From: Trichosphaerium sp. ATCC 40318
Lineage: Eukaryota > Protista > Tubulinea
Length of the DNA: 64,000 nucleotides
Assembly: GCA_038496445.1 (NCBI GenBank)
Contig: JALMLS010000593.1
Span: 186,001-250,000, forward strand
Direction: 5' to 3'
The translations under genes were made by a program, and so were the position numbers. Below, piece by piece: positions 1 to 12,372 of this stretch; the stretch's first letter is position 1; every line of letters starts with the position of its first letter. The notes beneath the pieces are model-generated. The model was given only the letters and a program-made list of their open reading frames with translations, searched no databases and was not told the origin of the DNA.

Positions 1-985
1 AGCTTCTAGATATTGCTCAATACGTTATTTGTGGTATGGCTCATATAATTTCAAATGGAAGCATACATAGGGACCTTGCTGCAAGAAACGTGCGTATTTT
101 TTTTTGAACTGCTTTTTTTTTGTTATTATTACCCTTTCTCGTACTTGTTGTTTATTTTTTTATAGGTTCTGGTACTTAGCTCTCAAGAGCAGGGTTTGTT
201 AAAGGTATATATGCTAACTTTTTTTTCTTTACAAAGCTTGGAGCAACAGCAAAAGGCTATATTGTCAAATTATGTGATTTTGGCTTAGCACGTGGCTTGA
301 ATGATGATAAATCTTATTATATGAGTCAAACCAACACAATGCCTATCAGGTGGTGTCCTCCTGAGGCTCTCGTCCATAAACGCTTCTCAGAAGGTACATA
401 ATTGCAATCCGGTATCTTAATTCATCGCGCTCACCTATTTTTATAGCAAGTGATGTTTATAGTTTCGCTATTTTTATGATTGAACTCTTCACTGCTGGAG
501 GTGACCCTTATCCTGGTTTACAGACCAAAGATGTTGCCACTATGATACTTGAAGGTGCGTTGCATGGTAATACGGTTGTGCACTTGTCTGATAAGGTTAT
601 CTGAAGGTGGGAGACCAAAATGTCCTAAAGACTGTCCGGAAGATGTGTTCGCTGTTATAACAAAATGTTGGGCTCAAGAGGCTTCTGATCGCCCTACATT
701 CTTAGAAGTTCATAACTTGTTTCAACCTCTATTGGTTAAGTATGGTACGTACAAAAAATAAACCAAAAGAGCGCTGTATAGTAACATGCTTCTAATGTTG
801 TTTTCTTTTTTTTAGGAGTTCAAGATATTTCTGGATTAAATATTGTCGATTCACTCTATTCAAATGAATCCTATGACAATGAAATGATCGATGATTGTGA
901 GATTCATTCTGATGAATGTTATAATTTGAGTGATTATAACACTCCCATGGATGTGGATGGAGCAAACCTGTACAATACTAAATAA
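1..985 (+). CDS. Protein tyrosine kinase, 3' part (5' end outside window), spliced
   Basis: Spliced exons give IHRDLAARNV, VKLCDFGLAR, MPIRWCPPEAL, SDVYSF and CWAQEASDRPTF; HRDLAARN and PIRW are tyrosine-kinase signatures; acidic Tyr-rich tail ends TAA at 985. Confidence 0.9.
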
Positions 986-1401
986 AATAATAGTAAATCA
1001 AAAAAATCTTTAAAAACTGTTCAAGAAAGTACTTCTGCTTCCAAATTGTCACGTGATAGTCTTAAAAACGAATTATAGTCTGTGGTTGTTGAAACACTGA
1101 TGCGAAGATAGTTTGTAAAATCTATCTCTATTGTTTGAACCAAGTACAAAACGGGACAATATGGTCTATTGTGGAAACAATGTCAAGAGATTACTGATGA
1201 CACGAAAGGCACCTTAACAATCAACGAGACCTCCCAGTTAACAACGAATAGCATGCTATCGAGAAACACCAAGACCAGTATTGACTGATCGAAGTGATAC
1301 ATTTTGTACAAAATTCGCTTTAAACACGTGCTGTGACGTTCTACATTTGACTTCGCGAGAGAAACACTATTACATAGCACTTTAAACTTAGTTCAGTTGA
1401 A

Positions 1402-3083
1402 ATGAGCACCAATCGTGGTAAACCAGGCTCCAAGCCCTCAGTTAGAGTTATTTCGCGCATTGAAGTCGCTAAACACAACAAACCGGATGATTGCTGGATA
1501 ATTATACATGGTAAGGTTTTTGATGTAACAAAATACCTCCCAGAGCATCCAGGTGGCGGTGATATTGTTTTTAAAAGAGCAGGTAAATAATAATTACGCT
1601 ATTCCACCAGAAATACTCACTGAGCGCAGGGAGAGATGCTACAAGTGATTTTGACGCTATGTACCATTCTCCTAGAGCAACAGAGGTACTCAGAACTCTC
1701 TACGTTGGAGAAGTACAAGTACGCCTAACAATAACGCCTTTGATACCTCATTCACTGTTTTCAGGGATCTGCAGCAGCAACTACATTATCTCCATTCGGG
1801 AGAGGCATTAGCGGTATAAAAAGTGCGTCTGCTCCTTCAAACAAAGGTGGACCTTATGGTCTAGGCGTATACAAACCGGTACGTTCCAAATTGACGTTCA
1901 TAAACGAAACACAACTGTTTTATATTTGGCTCGTCTCACACTTGCGTAGAGAGGTGAGAGAAGTGGTCCATACGGTTTAGGTCCATACAAAGTAAGGCGT
2001 AATCATACTTCTCGATATTTCTTGCTGACACGTGATAGCCAAGTAAAAATAGCAGGAAAATCCAGTTCAAAGGAAAATCTAAGGGTACAAACTTAGGATA
2101 CTTGTTTGATGCTAATAATAGCTGTAGCCATGAGTAAGCTCGAGTTTATACCGTACAGAGTGCTCGCCATGCGACAGGTTAGTCCTGATACTAAAGTATA
2201 CCGGTTCGAAGTACCAGAACAAGGAACCGTTGTGATACCTCCAGGAAAGCACATTGTTGTTGGGTATGCAGAACAAAACATCATTGCCTTGATGCTATTG
2301 CTTTTGCTTACGTTTTTTAGGCTTAGAGAAGGTAAAACACTTGTGAAAAGAGAGTATACACCTATTACAAGTCAAACAGGGTACTTTGAACTGATGGTGA
2401 AGGTACACAAGATAAAAACAAAGCGATTTAATAACTTGTGATTGTAGAAATACGAAAACGGACCAATGTCAACACATATTCATTCTCTCCTCCCAGGAGA
2501 TATGCTACTTATACGTGGACCATCAGGGCGATATACATACAAGCCTCAAAAGCAGAAAAAACTACTTATGTTCGCTGCAGGCACTGTACGATATTTCTCT
2601 CTGTTTAAACATTGGAGCTCAATGTAATGATTTAGGGTATTGCACCAATGTATCAAATAATCAAAGAAATAGCAAAGAAGGATAATACAGATGATACAGA
2701 TACTATTTTGATTTACGCCAGTAAAACAAAGGAAGATATCTTATTGAAGAAAGATCTAGATGCAATGTCAATGTATATGTCACGTGAGAGTAAAGCGACA
2801 CTAAAAATACACTACTTGTTGAGCAGGGTACGTTTGTTTGTCCTCTATCTTATGAATGTTTGCACACAATTTTACGGGTGTTCATTGGTTTGTTAAGGAG
2901 AAGGAGGATTGGCCATTGAAAGGCCGAATCACGTGTGATCTTGTTAAGAAACTAGTTCCTTTAGATGATTTACAATCTTGTACAACATTTTCTCTTATTT
3001 GTGGTACTGATGGCTTTTGTGAATCCGCTATAAATATTTTAAAAGAACTCGAGTATGATGATACAAGATATTTCAAGTTCTAA
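1402..3083 (+). CDS. Cytochrome b5 / NADH-cytochrome b5 reductase fusion (CYB5R4-like)
   Basis: N-terminal heme domain ([23 protein letters not shown]), FAD domain (REYTP, GPMS), NAD domain ([18 protein letters not shown]). Confidence 0.9.
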
Positions 3084-3280
3084 CTTGTGAAAATGAATAC
3101 AACCCTCTGTAATATTACAATGAACCTGTCAATAAATCTGAGCTTTATTAAGTCCTTTATAAATATACACGCAAGGAGTACTTGGTTAGACAAATGGGTG
3201 TAAGGCGCTGGAGCTAGTTTTTAGAAAGAGTATTTTTATTCTATGTTATGTACAATATTAACAAGTTAACAGCTAGTCCG

Positions 3281-4826
3281 TCAGAGATAAGTAGGACTTC
3301 GGACTTCCTCGCCATCGCCTTTAAATCTCTTGTGCCCAACACCTTCTACGACACAGTCGGCCTGATCAAGTTCGTCAGGACCACGCTTACGATTCTAGAT
3401 ACAAAATCAGCAACCAAGCCTTGAGCTATTAAGAACATACCTGTGTTGCAATTTCATCTCTGTTGATGTCATCATCAAGTAACTCTTGAGAAGGTCCACT
3501 GTCTTGAGATTGTGGTTCACCTTGATCTTTATCTTTCTGCTCTGAAGTGTCATTTTTCATTCCAAGAAACAACTCATGTGCTGAAAGCTCATAATTATTT
3601 TCATCTGCAAATGCATTGTAATCACCATTTAATTGAGTGTTGTCATCTTGATTATGTTGTTGAGAAACAATCATGTTATCCATCTGCTGAACATCTATCA
3701 ATCATTAGAGGTATCTACTAAATTGCATTAAATCTCTTGCCATTCGGTTTGTGCTGAGAGTCCTTGCTATCGTCTTTTGCAGGAGATGTAGTAATAGATG
3801 CGCTTCCTTTTACACTAGCACCAGAGGCATTATCAATCGATTCTAGCGAAAACTTAGTCTTTTACTTTGATCACAAATGACATCTGAGCAGTGTTACCTT
3901 CTTTCTTTAAGAGTTGTGATAAAGGAATATCAACTCCTCCTTTATTTTCAATAAGAGCATCCAGCCTCGTCTTTAGTATTGACTGTATTTTAGCAACAAG
4001 TAGTATAGAACTTGCTAAAGGTTGACAGTTTTCTGATGCAAGCTGTTGAGCAAATTGTTTATTCCTTTCACTATCTTGTGAAAGTTTATCCCTATCATAA
4101 CTTAAGTACAACTGTTATAACTCAAAAATACTCCATTGTTACCTGCAGTTTGACAGTTGGTTTAAAACATCATTGAACTTGGCTTCAAGCATATCCAAAC
4201 GTAAGGAGGTAGTTAAATACCCAAGAGTGGAACCATCTTAATGAACGTTATTAAAATGTTTGTAAAGTTGATAAAGCACATACCCAAAAGTGGTAATAGT
4301 ACATTCAAGGCGACATTCTTTGAGGCCTTAGCCTTGAGTGCACTCTCTTGTAGTACTTCTATAATCTTATGTTGGGTAATAATGTGAGAGATGATGACAT
4401 CGGCTTGACTTGCAAGTACACCAATACGCCAAAGGATTTCTGCCTCCTTATTGCAAAAGATTACTTCATGACAACACGAGAGTAGGTGGTAGTACATTAG
4501 GAATGCGCACGTGCTCGAATAGGTAATCAAGTGGTACGGTAAGTTGGTCTTTGAATGATATAATTGCATTTGTTGTGTTAACACTCCGTGATGAAGAAGA
4601 AGCACTTTCTTCAAAGTGACCTTTTGCAAAAAAACAATAAGTGTAAAAAGATATTGTAAGAATCAATGATTACTGTTTTCGAGTGGTAGTATAGAACCGC
4701 TTGTGTCAAATCTGTTATCAGCGGCACACGAGAACATTAAAGTTGTTACCTGTATTGAAACTTAGTACATTATAGTTTGGTAGACAGTCAATAAGATATA
4801 ACGCGTGTGAGGCGCCTGTCAGACAT
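3281..4826 (-). CDS. Hypothetical protein with acidic SQ/TQ-rich C-terminus and basic NLS-like motifs
   Basis: Chain of in-frame exons separated by short GT-AG introns from ATG 4826 (MSDRRLTR) to TGA 3281; no family recognised. Confidence 0.6.
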
Positions 4827-5023
4827 GATATTTCGGTTTACGCATAATTACAACCGAAATACCATGTGCTTAACTGTACAGGTTTATAACTTGTTAAAAG
4901 GGTACCAGCTGCAATATCCGAACCAAACAAGTGCAAATACAGTTTTCTTAAGCAACTTGCTCTAAGTGCTGGTGCAGAAAGCTATAGAAGTGCAAAGAGG
5001 GTATGCTAACGTAGTGACATTCA

Positions 5024-6143
5024 ATGAGAGGCTCTGCTGTAGTAAGTAACTTACTGGCATCTTCTACAACAGTCCTTGCCTCAAGAGGCGTAAAAGAAGG
5101 ATCAAATGGCAGGGATCTATCTGTACGAATATTGAGTAGCGTGTTAAAAGTAGATAAAGATGAGTGTACTTCAAGGCAGTTTCTACGCAAGGAACTATCA
5201 ACCAAGGAAGTTACACAGTTTAATACGCATGTCAAAAGTTTTTCGGTTACATTAGCTTAAAATTACTGTAGTTTGGTGTCTCGTGCTACCACAGACGAAC
5301 CCATGGCGAAAATATGTGGATTTAAGAGCTTTTGGATGCACGATTTCTTAGTCCGTGACACTTTGATTCCGCGCCCAGAGACTGAGTTGGTTTGTACTAG
5401 TACAAAACTAGGTTATAAAATAAATATCAGTTGTAGATTGTTGAAGAGGCATTGCGCCTCACCGAGCAGAAAAAATCAGGATCTATTTTGGATATTGGTA
5501 CAGGCTCAGGATGTATTTTGTTATCCTTCCTGTCAGGTACCCTTTCCTCGTTACATATTGTACTTATTGTAAAGAGCGCGGTGCCAATTGGAGAGGCACA
5601 GGAGTGGATAAAGATAGTAAAGCTCTAGCAACTGCCAAAGAGAACGCCAGCAACCTAGGCTTGACAGAGCAGACTTCATTCGTAGTAAGGTACAACATCT
5701 ACCACTGCTACACCACTAATATTATATCAGCGACTGGACAGCAAGTCTTGAGAAAGGCTGTCAATTCGATATTGCCGTTAGCAATCCACCCTACGTGGTA
5801 GATGCGGAAGTAGATATTCTAGGAGCCTGGTCAAAGTACGTATAATGCTTCTTTTTATTGTTCTAACATAGCAAGATTTGAGCCTCGTGCTGCCTTCTCT
5901 GGTGGCACGGATGGTCTGAGCGCGTATAAAATACTGGCCACAGCGTTAAAGAGAGATGTAAAAGTACCCACAGTAATACTAGAAATTGGTATGAGCCAAG
6001 AGAATGATGTCATTGAAATATTTAGCAGTGAAGGTATAGATCTTTGCTACAAATTCTTTTTTTAAATTGTCGTAGGCTGGAAGCATGATTCATCACGACA
6101 AGATATTTCTGGTATAACGAGAACCCTTGTTTTTGTACAATAG
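5024..6143 (+). CDS. hemK: Release factor glutamine methyltransferase PrmC/HemK (probably mitochondrial)
   Basis: EPMAKICG..F, LIPRPETE, ILDIGTGSGC, VSNPPYV, FEP..A..GG.DGL, LEIG..Q motifs across exons. Confidence 0.9.
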
Positions 6144-6306
6144 CGAACAAAGAAAACCAAAAAAAAAGAGTAAAAATGTCAGTCTTCATTTTGACACATT
6201 TTTTGCAATGTGTCAAGTTGACTCTTTTTTTGCTTCTTCTTCACCAACACATTGAAAAATTTAGTTTACTACAGCACTAATGCGTCGTCGATAGCTTTGG
6301 TACAAT

Positions 6307-6923
6307 TTATACAATTTGTAGCGCTCTTTTAAGCGCTAGAGCGTTATGTACTCTGTTTTCTTTTTTGCTCTTCCAAATAACGCCCAAAATGTGTATTCAG
6401 TAACTCTGTACCAAAAGTAACCAAAACTGCGTTGATTCAAAGTTAGTTTAAAAAAAACAAGTTTAAACTCACCCCAGTAGCGCAATGCCAATACTTACGC
6501 CAATCAGTCCATAAGTGAGGGTTTTACCTAATGCCCGCTCTGTAGCATCGAATGCGATAATTTCAGGGGCTACTTTAAAGTAATAGTCCTTATATCCTTG
6601 TATATCCGTTGTTTCAGGCGTACCCCACACTTGAGGAGGTACCTTGACAGGTCAGAATAAAAACAAACGCTAAAATATTGCTAGCTTTCAAATTGCCACA
6701 AGTGTTAAGGATAACGCTCAAAGTAGCATTACTTACCGTTTTGTAGGTTTGTGCAGTTATAGGATCGAACCAATGCCTATGTACCATAAATTAGCATACA
6801 GACGTTCAATTACGCTTATGAACCATGCCTTCCTTGAGCTCTGTCTCTTCTCCAATAATAATAGACGTATGGATCCTCATACGTTTGGTATGGGTTCGGG
6901 TGCCTTTGGTACTCCTCTGTCAT
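6307..6923 (-). CDS. Small single-TM protein, unknown family
   Basis: Four exons give MTEEYQRHPNPY...LTYGLIGVSIGIALLGFGYFWY...QIV*; first intron is GC-AG. Confidence 0.65.
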
Positions 6924-6997
6924 GGCTGGCAAACGTAAAATACAATAGTTGACTTTTTCGAAGTTTACCAAACAAATTGCCTCTACCTCAAAGCAAC

Positions 6998-7691
6998 ATG
7001 CTTCTTCGCGGTGTGGTTGCCAGACAAACGTCTCACACAGCTGTAAAACCAACTACAACACGTAAAAAGGTCGCTAAGGTCCATACAAGCTCTGTATTGA
7101 AAGCGCGCATGCCAACAGATTCAGAATTACAAACAAGTAGTTTGAAGTTAATTGGACGACGGGGAGAATGGCTCGGTGAGGTATGCGCAAATCTAGGTAT
7201 AAATGATCCCTATAACGCATTTTTAGGTAATTGATTACTGTGATACCCACGATAGAGAAAAAAACGACGTTATGCAAACAATTAGGCTAGAAAGAAATAC
7301 TACAGGCTTGAATGGTCTGTGCTTACTTTTAGAGTGTCGATCTAACGAATAATAGCTCTAATCTGGTGTGGTGGACTATTTGGTGGTATAGCTTTGTTCA
7401 TCTACTGTTGGGATAAACTAGCTGAACAAGGGGTTCTCCCTGGCGAAAGAGGTCAAGATCGCGCTTGGGTACCGACTTACAAAAGCAAATAAGCGCGTAT
7501 TTAATTGTTTTGTTGTACAGGTAAAAAGGAAGGTTATTGGTCAATACACAGACTACAGACAAGCACAAATGGACGCTCCACGTATGGCTAATATTTATAT
7601 TGAACTAAACGCGTTACAGCAATTATTGATCTTTTCTTTAGACCCACGTTACATTCGTTATAAAGAGTTTGCACCAGAGTTACAAAACTAA
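6998..7691 (+). CDS. Small single-TM protein with mitochondrial presequence, unknown family
   Basis: MLLRGVVARQTSHT... Arg/Ser/Thr-rich N-terminus, TM segment ALIWCGGLFGGIALFIYCW, TAA at 7691. Confidence 0.65.
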
Positions 7692-7860
7692 GTCTAGATA
7701 CATTTACTCGTAGGCACGAGTAACGCTGAATAAAATTCTTTTATAAATGTCAAATGCATAAACATACGACGATATTCATCACAATTGTACAATAAAGTTA
7801 CACGCTTTGCAAAAAAAAAATCAAGACATAAGAGTGGTTGTGACACGTGATTTACACAAA

Positions 7861-9018
7861 CTACAATCTAGCATGTTGTAGATTTCTTGTATCCTTAAAA
7901 GCATACTTGTTATTGGCTACTTCAATTCTATGAAGAACTGAGCCACCAGCTTTCGAATCCTTATGTTTGTGGTCGCCAGGCATCGCTATAATGAGCTTAT
8001 TCTCAGAGGACCTTATTGTTGGTTCTATAGGGCTAAAAACGAATAAATACATAAAGGAAGAAAGTGACAAGTACGTCATTGTTCTGTTTTGTAGAACCTT
8101 TCTCAAGGCGTCTACTGTGGGTGTACTGCCCAACTCCATTAGAGTGAGCCTACAAAAAGAATTAGTGTCATTGGGGCTAAGCTTTGATCGTACCAAGTAG
8201 GTGGAGCAAGAGAGATTTCTCCTTTGGTCATATTGGTGATTGCTTCATCAGGGGTAAACCAATCAAATCGGTTAACTTCTTTATCTAACACGTGTATTAA
8301 CGTAAAGAGTAATCCATACATTCTAGCACGAACCATCTTGCTGTATAGATAATTTTCTTGAATGCTTGAGTATCACAACATAAAAGTAAGTGTCATAACT
8401 GACACATGTGTCAGTCATTTGTCAAATACACGTGTTCTCATACCGCCACCTCTCCTCTATTGGTGTAATCCAATGAGACCAAGGGAAAGACCACTTGTGT
8501 GTGGTTGTGTATTAAACTCTTTGCACAGCTCTGCAAAACTTTCAGGTTTTTTCTGTACTCTTGTTCTATGTATTTGTATATTAGAGCGTTGGTCACCGGA
8601 TGAGGGAAAGGTGTCACCTCCAGTCACTCGTTAAAGGGCAAGACACGGGTGGATCAGATATAAGAATATTTGTTTCCTCAAAAGCTTCTCTGATACCTGC
8701 AATGCGCGTAGAGAGCTAATTGATGCGTTATTTAGAGTGTGACATTCTAAAAATGTTACCTCAAAAGGTGAACATGCACTACCTTTGTCATCTTTCAAGC
8801 CAGCATAGTTAGGACCTGAATCCGCTTCCTCTACAATTCCACCGGGAAATACGTGCGCACCAGGCATGAACCTACTTTTTGCTGATCTTTTAACCTAAAT
8901 GCGCGTCACGAGGTTGCTGTGCTTGTTATCTAACCATTAACACCGAATATTTGGAGTTGGGTCTGGCACTTAAAGGTTTACAGACAATTATAGTTGAAGC
9001 TAACTTTGGAACTGACAT
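7861..9018 (-). CDS. NUDT19: Nudix hydrolase NUDT19-like (acyl-CoA diphosphatase), peroxisomal
   Basis: KRSAKSRFMPGAHVFPGG, Nudix box IREAFEET, WITP, LAPPTWY; ends in PTS1-like ARL*. Confidence 0.85.
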
Positions 9019-9129
9019 GTTTATGCTGAACAGACGTCCGTTTCAGTTGAAATATTCAACAAAAAAGTGTTTGACTTTTAGTTACATAGTACATGGTGTA
9101 AAAGCTGCTGAAGCAGTCATTCTGACCTT

Positions 9130-12125
9130 ATGTCTCGTCAATTAGCGATAGCGAAACGAATAAAGGACGCTATTGCCAGTGGTAAGCTAGATGAAACTAT
9201 TCAGCTCACTAGCGAAGGTACACGCGTTATGCTTTGTTTTAGGTGTTATTAACGTATTTATCAGATGGTGCAGTTACAGAAAAATTACGAGGCTTGAAAC
9301 TTTCATTGGACGCCGCAGAGAATATAATAGTGTTCCTGGAGTACCTTGCGCAATTTTTACAAACATTCGGGTTTGAGAAAATCAGGTACTGATCGCTATT
9401 CATCGTGACACTACACCACACGCATTTACTACTTCCAGACGTTTATAAAATGTACAGTTTTGTTTACATACTCGCTTAGAGTCTTTTATCCTGATCTACA
9501 GTCGCGATTGCAATCAAAAAACCGCCTAGTAATCAGTACGCGCTTTAATAGTTAAAGTAATCCTTATCAATCCATCAGAACGCCTTACGCCACTTATTAC
9601 GCGTATTGCAAGCGTAGACGAGGAGTTTCTCTCTCAGATATTCGGTATTTACTTTCAAACACCACTAAACGTAGTTGAACGTGATGCATTACTCGAAGTA
9701 GCGAGTGAATCACCCACAGTACGATTTTTTTTTTTGACACTTGACACATTGCGTAGTTTTACTCATTTTCTTGATAGGCTTTTTTTGCTAAAATTACAGC
9801 ATTCTTACAATCTACACAACATCGACTACAAACTCTCCAACTCCTTTCTGTGCTGGCTGAAACTATGGTATTGTATAGCTAAACATTGTAAGTCACTAAC
9901 ACCTTGATATAGCCTCAAACCATAGCCAAAATGGGAGACACAATAGCGCTTGAAACTTTGATAAATATGTTGTTGGTAACCTTGTAACTTTTGTTTTTTT
10001 TTTGGAAATAGAAAAGTAACCAAACCACTAAATCGTTGATATCTAGGCCGATGACGAACTAACAACAAGAGAAATAATATTCGGTGTATCAGTGTTATCA
10101 ATGTCATTAGCCTACCTAGCGCCTAAACTACCACAATTTTTACCGAGGTTGTGTTCTATTTTAAAGCGTATATGTAGTGCTCGTGACTCTGAAGATAAAC
10201 TACCTAAAGAGCTCTCAGTGTGCTTGAAATCTTACTTTACGATTCTATATAAGATGTTCCCGCATACCCTAGTAGGATATATTCGTCAGCGTCGCCAAAC
10301 TGTCAAGTTTGTTGAAGTCATAGAGGTAAGAAAAAATGAGTAGTATTTGTGGGCTTATTTGTTTTACAGCCTTTCTTCTCACAAGCGAAGTTTAACAATA
10401 AGTTGTTGGGTACGTTTACAGCTCCGATTATACGTTGCTAAATGGTTGTAGATCCAAAGGGCCTAGAAAAGGAGCTGTCACCTGCATTTTGGGAGAGCCA
10501 GGTGCGTAATTATACCAACGAAGGTTTCTGACAATGTCTAAGGAACCGAGAGATATTGCACTTGCAGAGCTTAATGATTTACTTCAAAATTCAAAGCCAT
10601 CTGGTGTAGTTATCCCTTCAGACCTGTCTACAGAAAAACAAGACGTAATAGAGCCAGTAGGAAGCTTAACAGAAGGTATTACAGATGTTTTTAGTGAGTA
10701 CTTTTCTTGTTTAATGGATTTTTTAGGGAGTATGTCAAGTGCTGATATTATACGTATTCAGGACGCCATAGATAAGAACTTATACTCAGATGCTCCTTCA
10801 TTAGTACGCACCCAATACATGTTGTGATATGTCACTTACCAACTGCCTCAGTTGCCATCCTTTATGGAATTTGAGCCATTGTCAGTACGTGCTTACTTTG
10901 GAGTTTTTAATGAATTTGTTTGTACTAAGTAATGTTTGTATAGAAGCAAATTTTATTACTACGTAATGCTCTACTATTTGAGCGATTTTTCAGATGTCAA
11001 TACATTCAAAAGTTTCAGCAAATGCAACAGACGAATACAGGGATACAAAAGCTCATACGTGCCCAAAAGGATTTGGTAAGAGATTTTTTTAAAACACCCA
11101 AAAACATCACACGTCTTTTGGTGCACGTGATAAAAAACGTGATGAGACATATAAAAAACCGCAGCTTTAAAGTCATGTTGTCTTAGGAATCGGAATTAGA
11201 CGCTCAAAGTAACCTGGAGGATGAACTACGAGAGCGTGTTAAGAAACAGCAACAAGAAAATAAGGCATTAAAAGAGCAATGCACTAAAGTATCCCAAGCT
11301 TTCACAACACGTACTCAGACACTTGGTCTATTAAATCAGAATCTACAAAGAACAGTAGATGAATTAAAATTCGTGGTTGCTGGCAAAGAGGCAAAGATAC
11401 AACAGCTAGAGAATACTGTAAATAGACATGCTTCAAAGTACGAAAAAAACGCCCCAAAACTGACTTAACTTCTTCGTACTTACGCCTATGTCAAGGATTT
11501 TTGTTCTTGACGCAAAACTACAACGTGCTAAATCCCTTGGTCCAAAATCAAAAGTTGCTCATCTTCACCAACTTGAATCCGATGTCATGTTGTGGTACCA
11601 ACATTTTTATTTTTACTTGATTTTTTTGTACTGATACGTGTTGTACTAGGGAGATGCATCAAGCTGAGTTAAAGAAACAAGAACGTGTAAAACGTGCTCT
11701 TCAGCATAAGGTTAAGGTGCAACAACACCGTATAGATCGCTTAACTGAGACATTGGAAAAGAACGATAAACACAATTTGTACGCATAATTGTCCAATGCA
11801 CTTCCTTTCTTGGAATATTCTTAAATAAGTTGTTAGGAGTTTTCAAAGTCGGTTACAGGAGTGGAAAGATTCTATTGATAACATGAAACAAGAAAAGAAT
11901 GATCTACTAGCAAAGATGACTGAGCAAAAGCGTCTTTTTGAGATTGAAAAGAAAATATCACTTGAAAAGATAAAAGCTCTAGAAAGTAAGTACAAGACAT
12001 TAAAACAGATACACTTGGCGATGTGTAAACGTGTTGTGGATGTTTCTAGTGCTCTTGAAGCACTAACAGCTCAGTTCGACCAACTTTCAGGCGAGAAAGG
12101 CAGTGGAAAGCAAGGTTCAGCCTAA
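9130..12125 (+). CDS. TSC1: Hamartin / TSC1-like protein
   Basis: YFTILYKMFPHTLVGYIR...EVIEPFF...EKELSPAFW resembles the hamartin N-domain LYGMYPCNF...EVVKPM...HELDPRRW; ILLLRNALLFERF resembles LLLLHNQLLYERF; long C-terminal coiled coil. Confidence 0.75.
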
Positions 12126-12372
12126 GAATGTATTTTTATTTGTACTAAACGAATCTTTAAATGATCTCAACTGTTTTGTTTTCTTACGTTCCGAGTGACC
12201 TTAACTGACTACTAAGTGCTCTAATTTCCATGTATTTAGTGTTCGTACTGCCGCTTGTTTATACTGTAGTCACCAGCAACTGTGTTTATGTAAAACTAGT
12301 GCTCATTTTTCAATTCAAAACAATTTTTTATTTGGATTGATTCTGTATTGAAATAGAATTACCACGTGCAAC

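Noticed and set aside
1194-1207. CTGATGA-CAC-GAAA, hammerhead ribozyme core-like (or box C of a snoRNA with CTGA at about 1285)
   Set aside because: No room for stem II and no stems I/III; terminal stem and guide for a snoRNA are unconvincing
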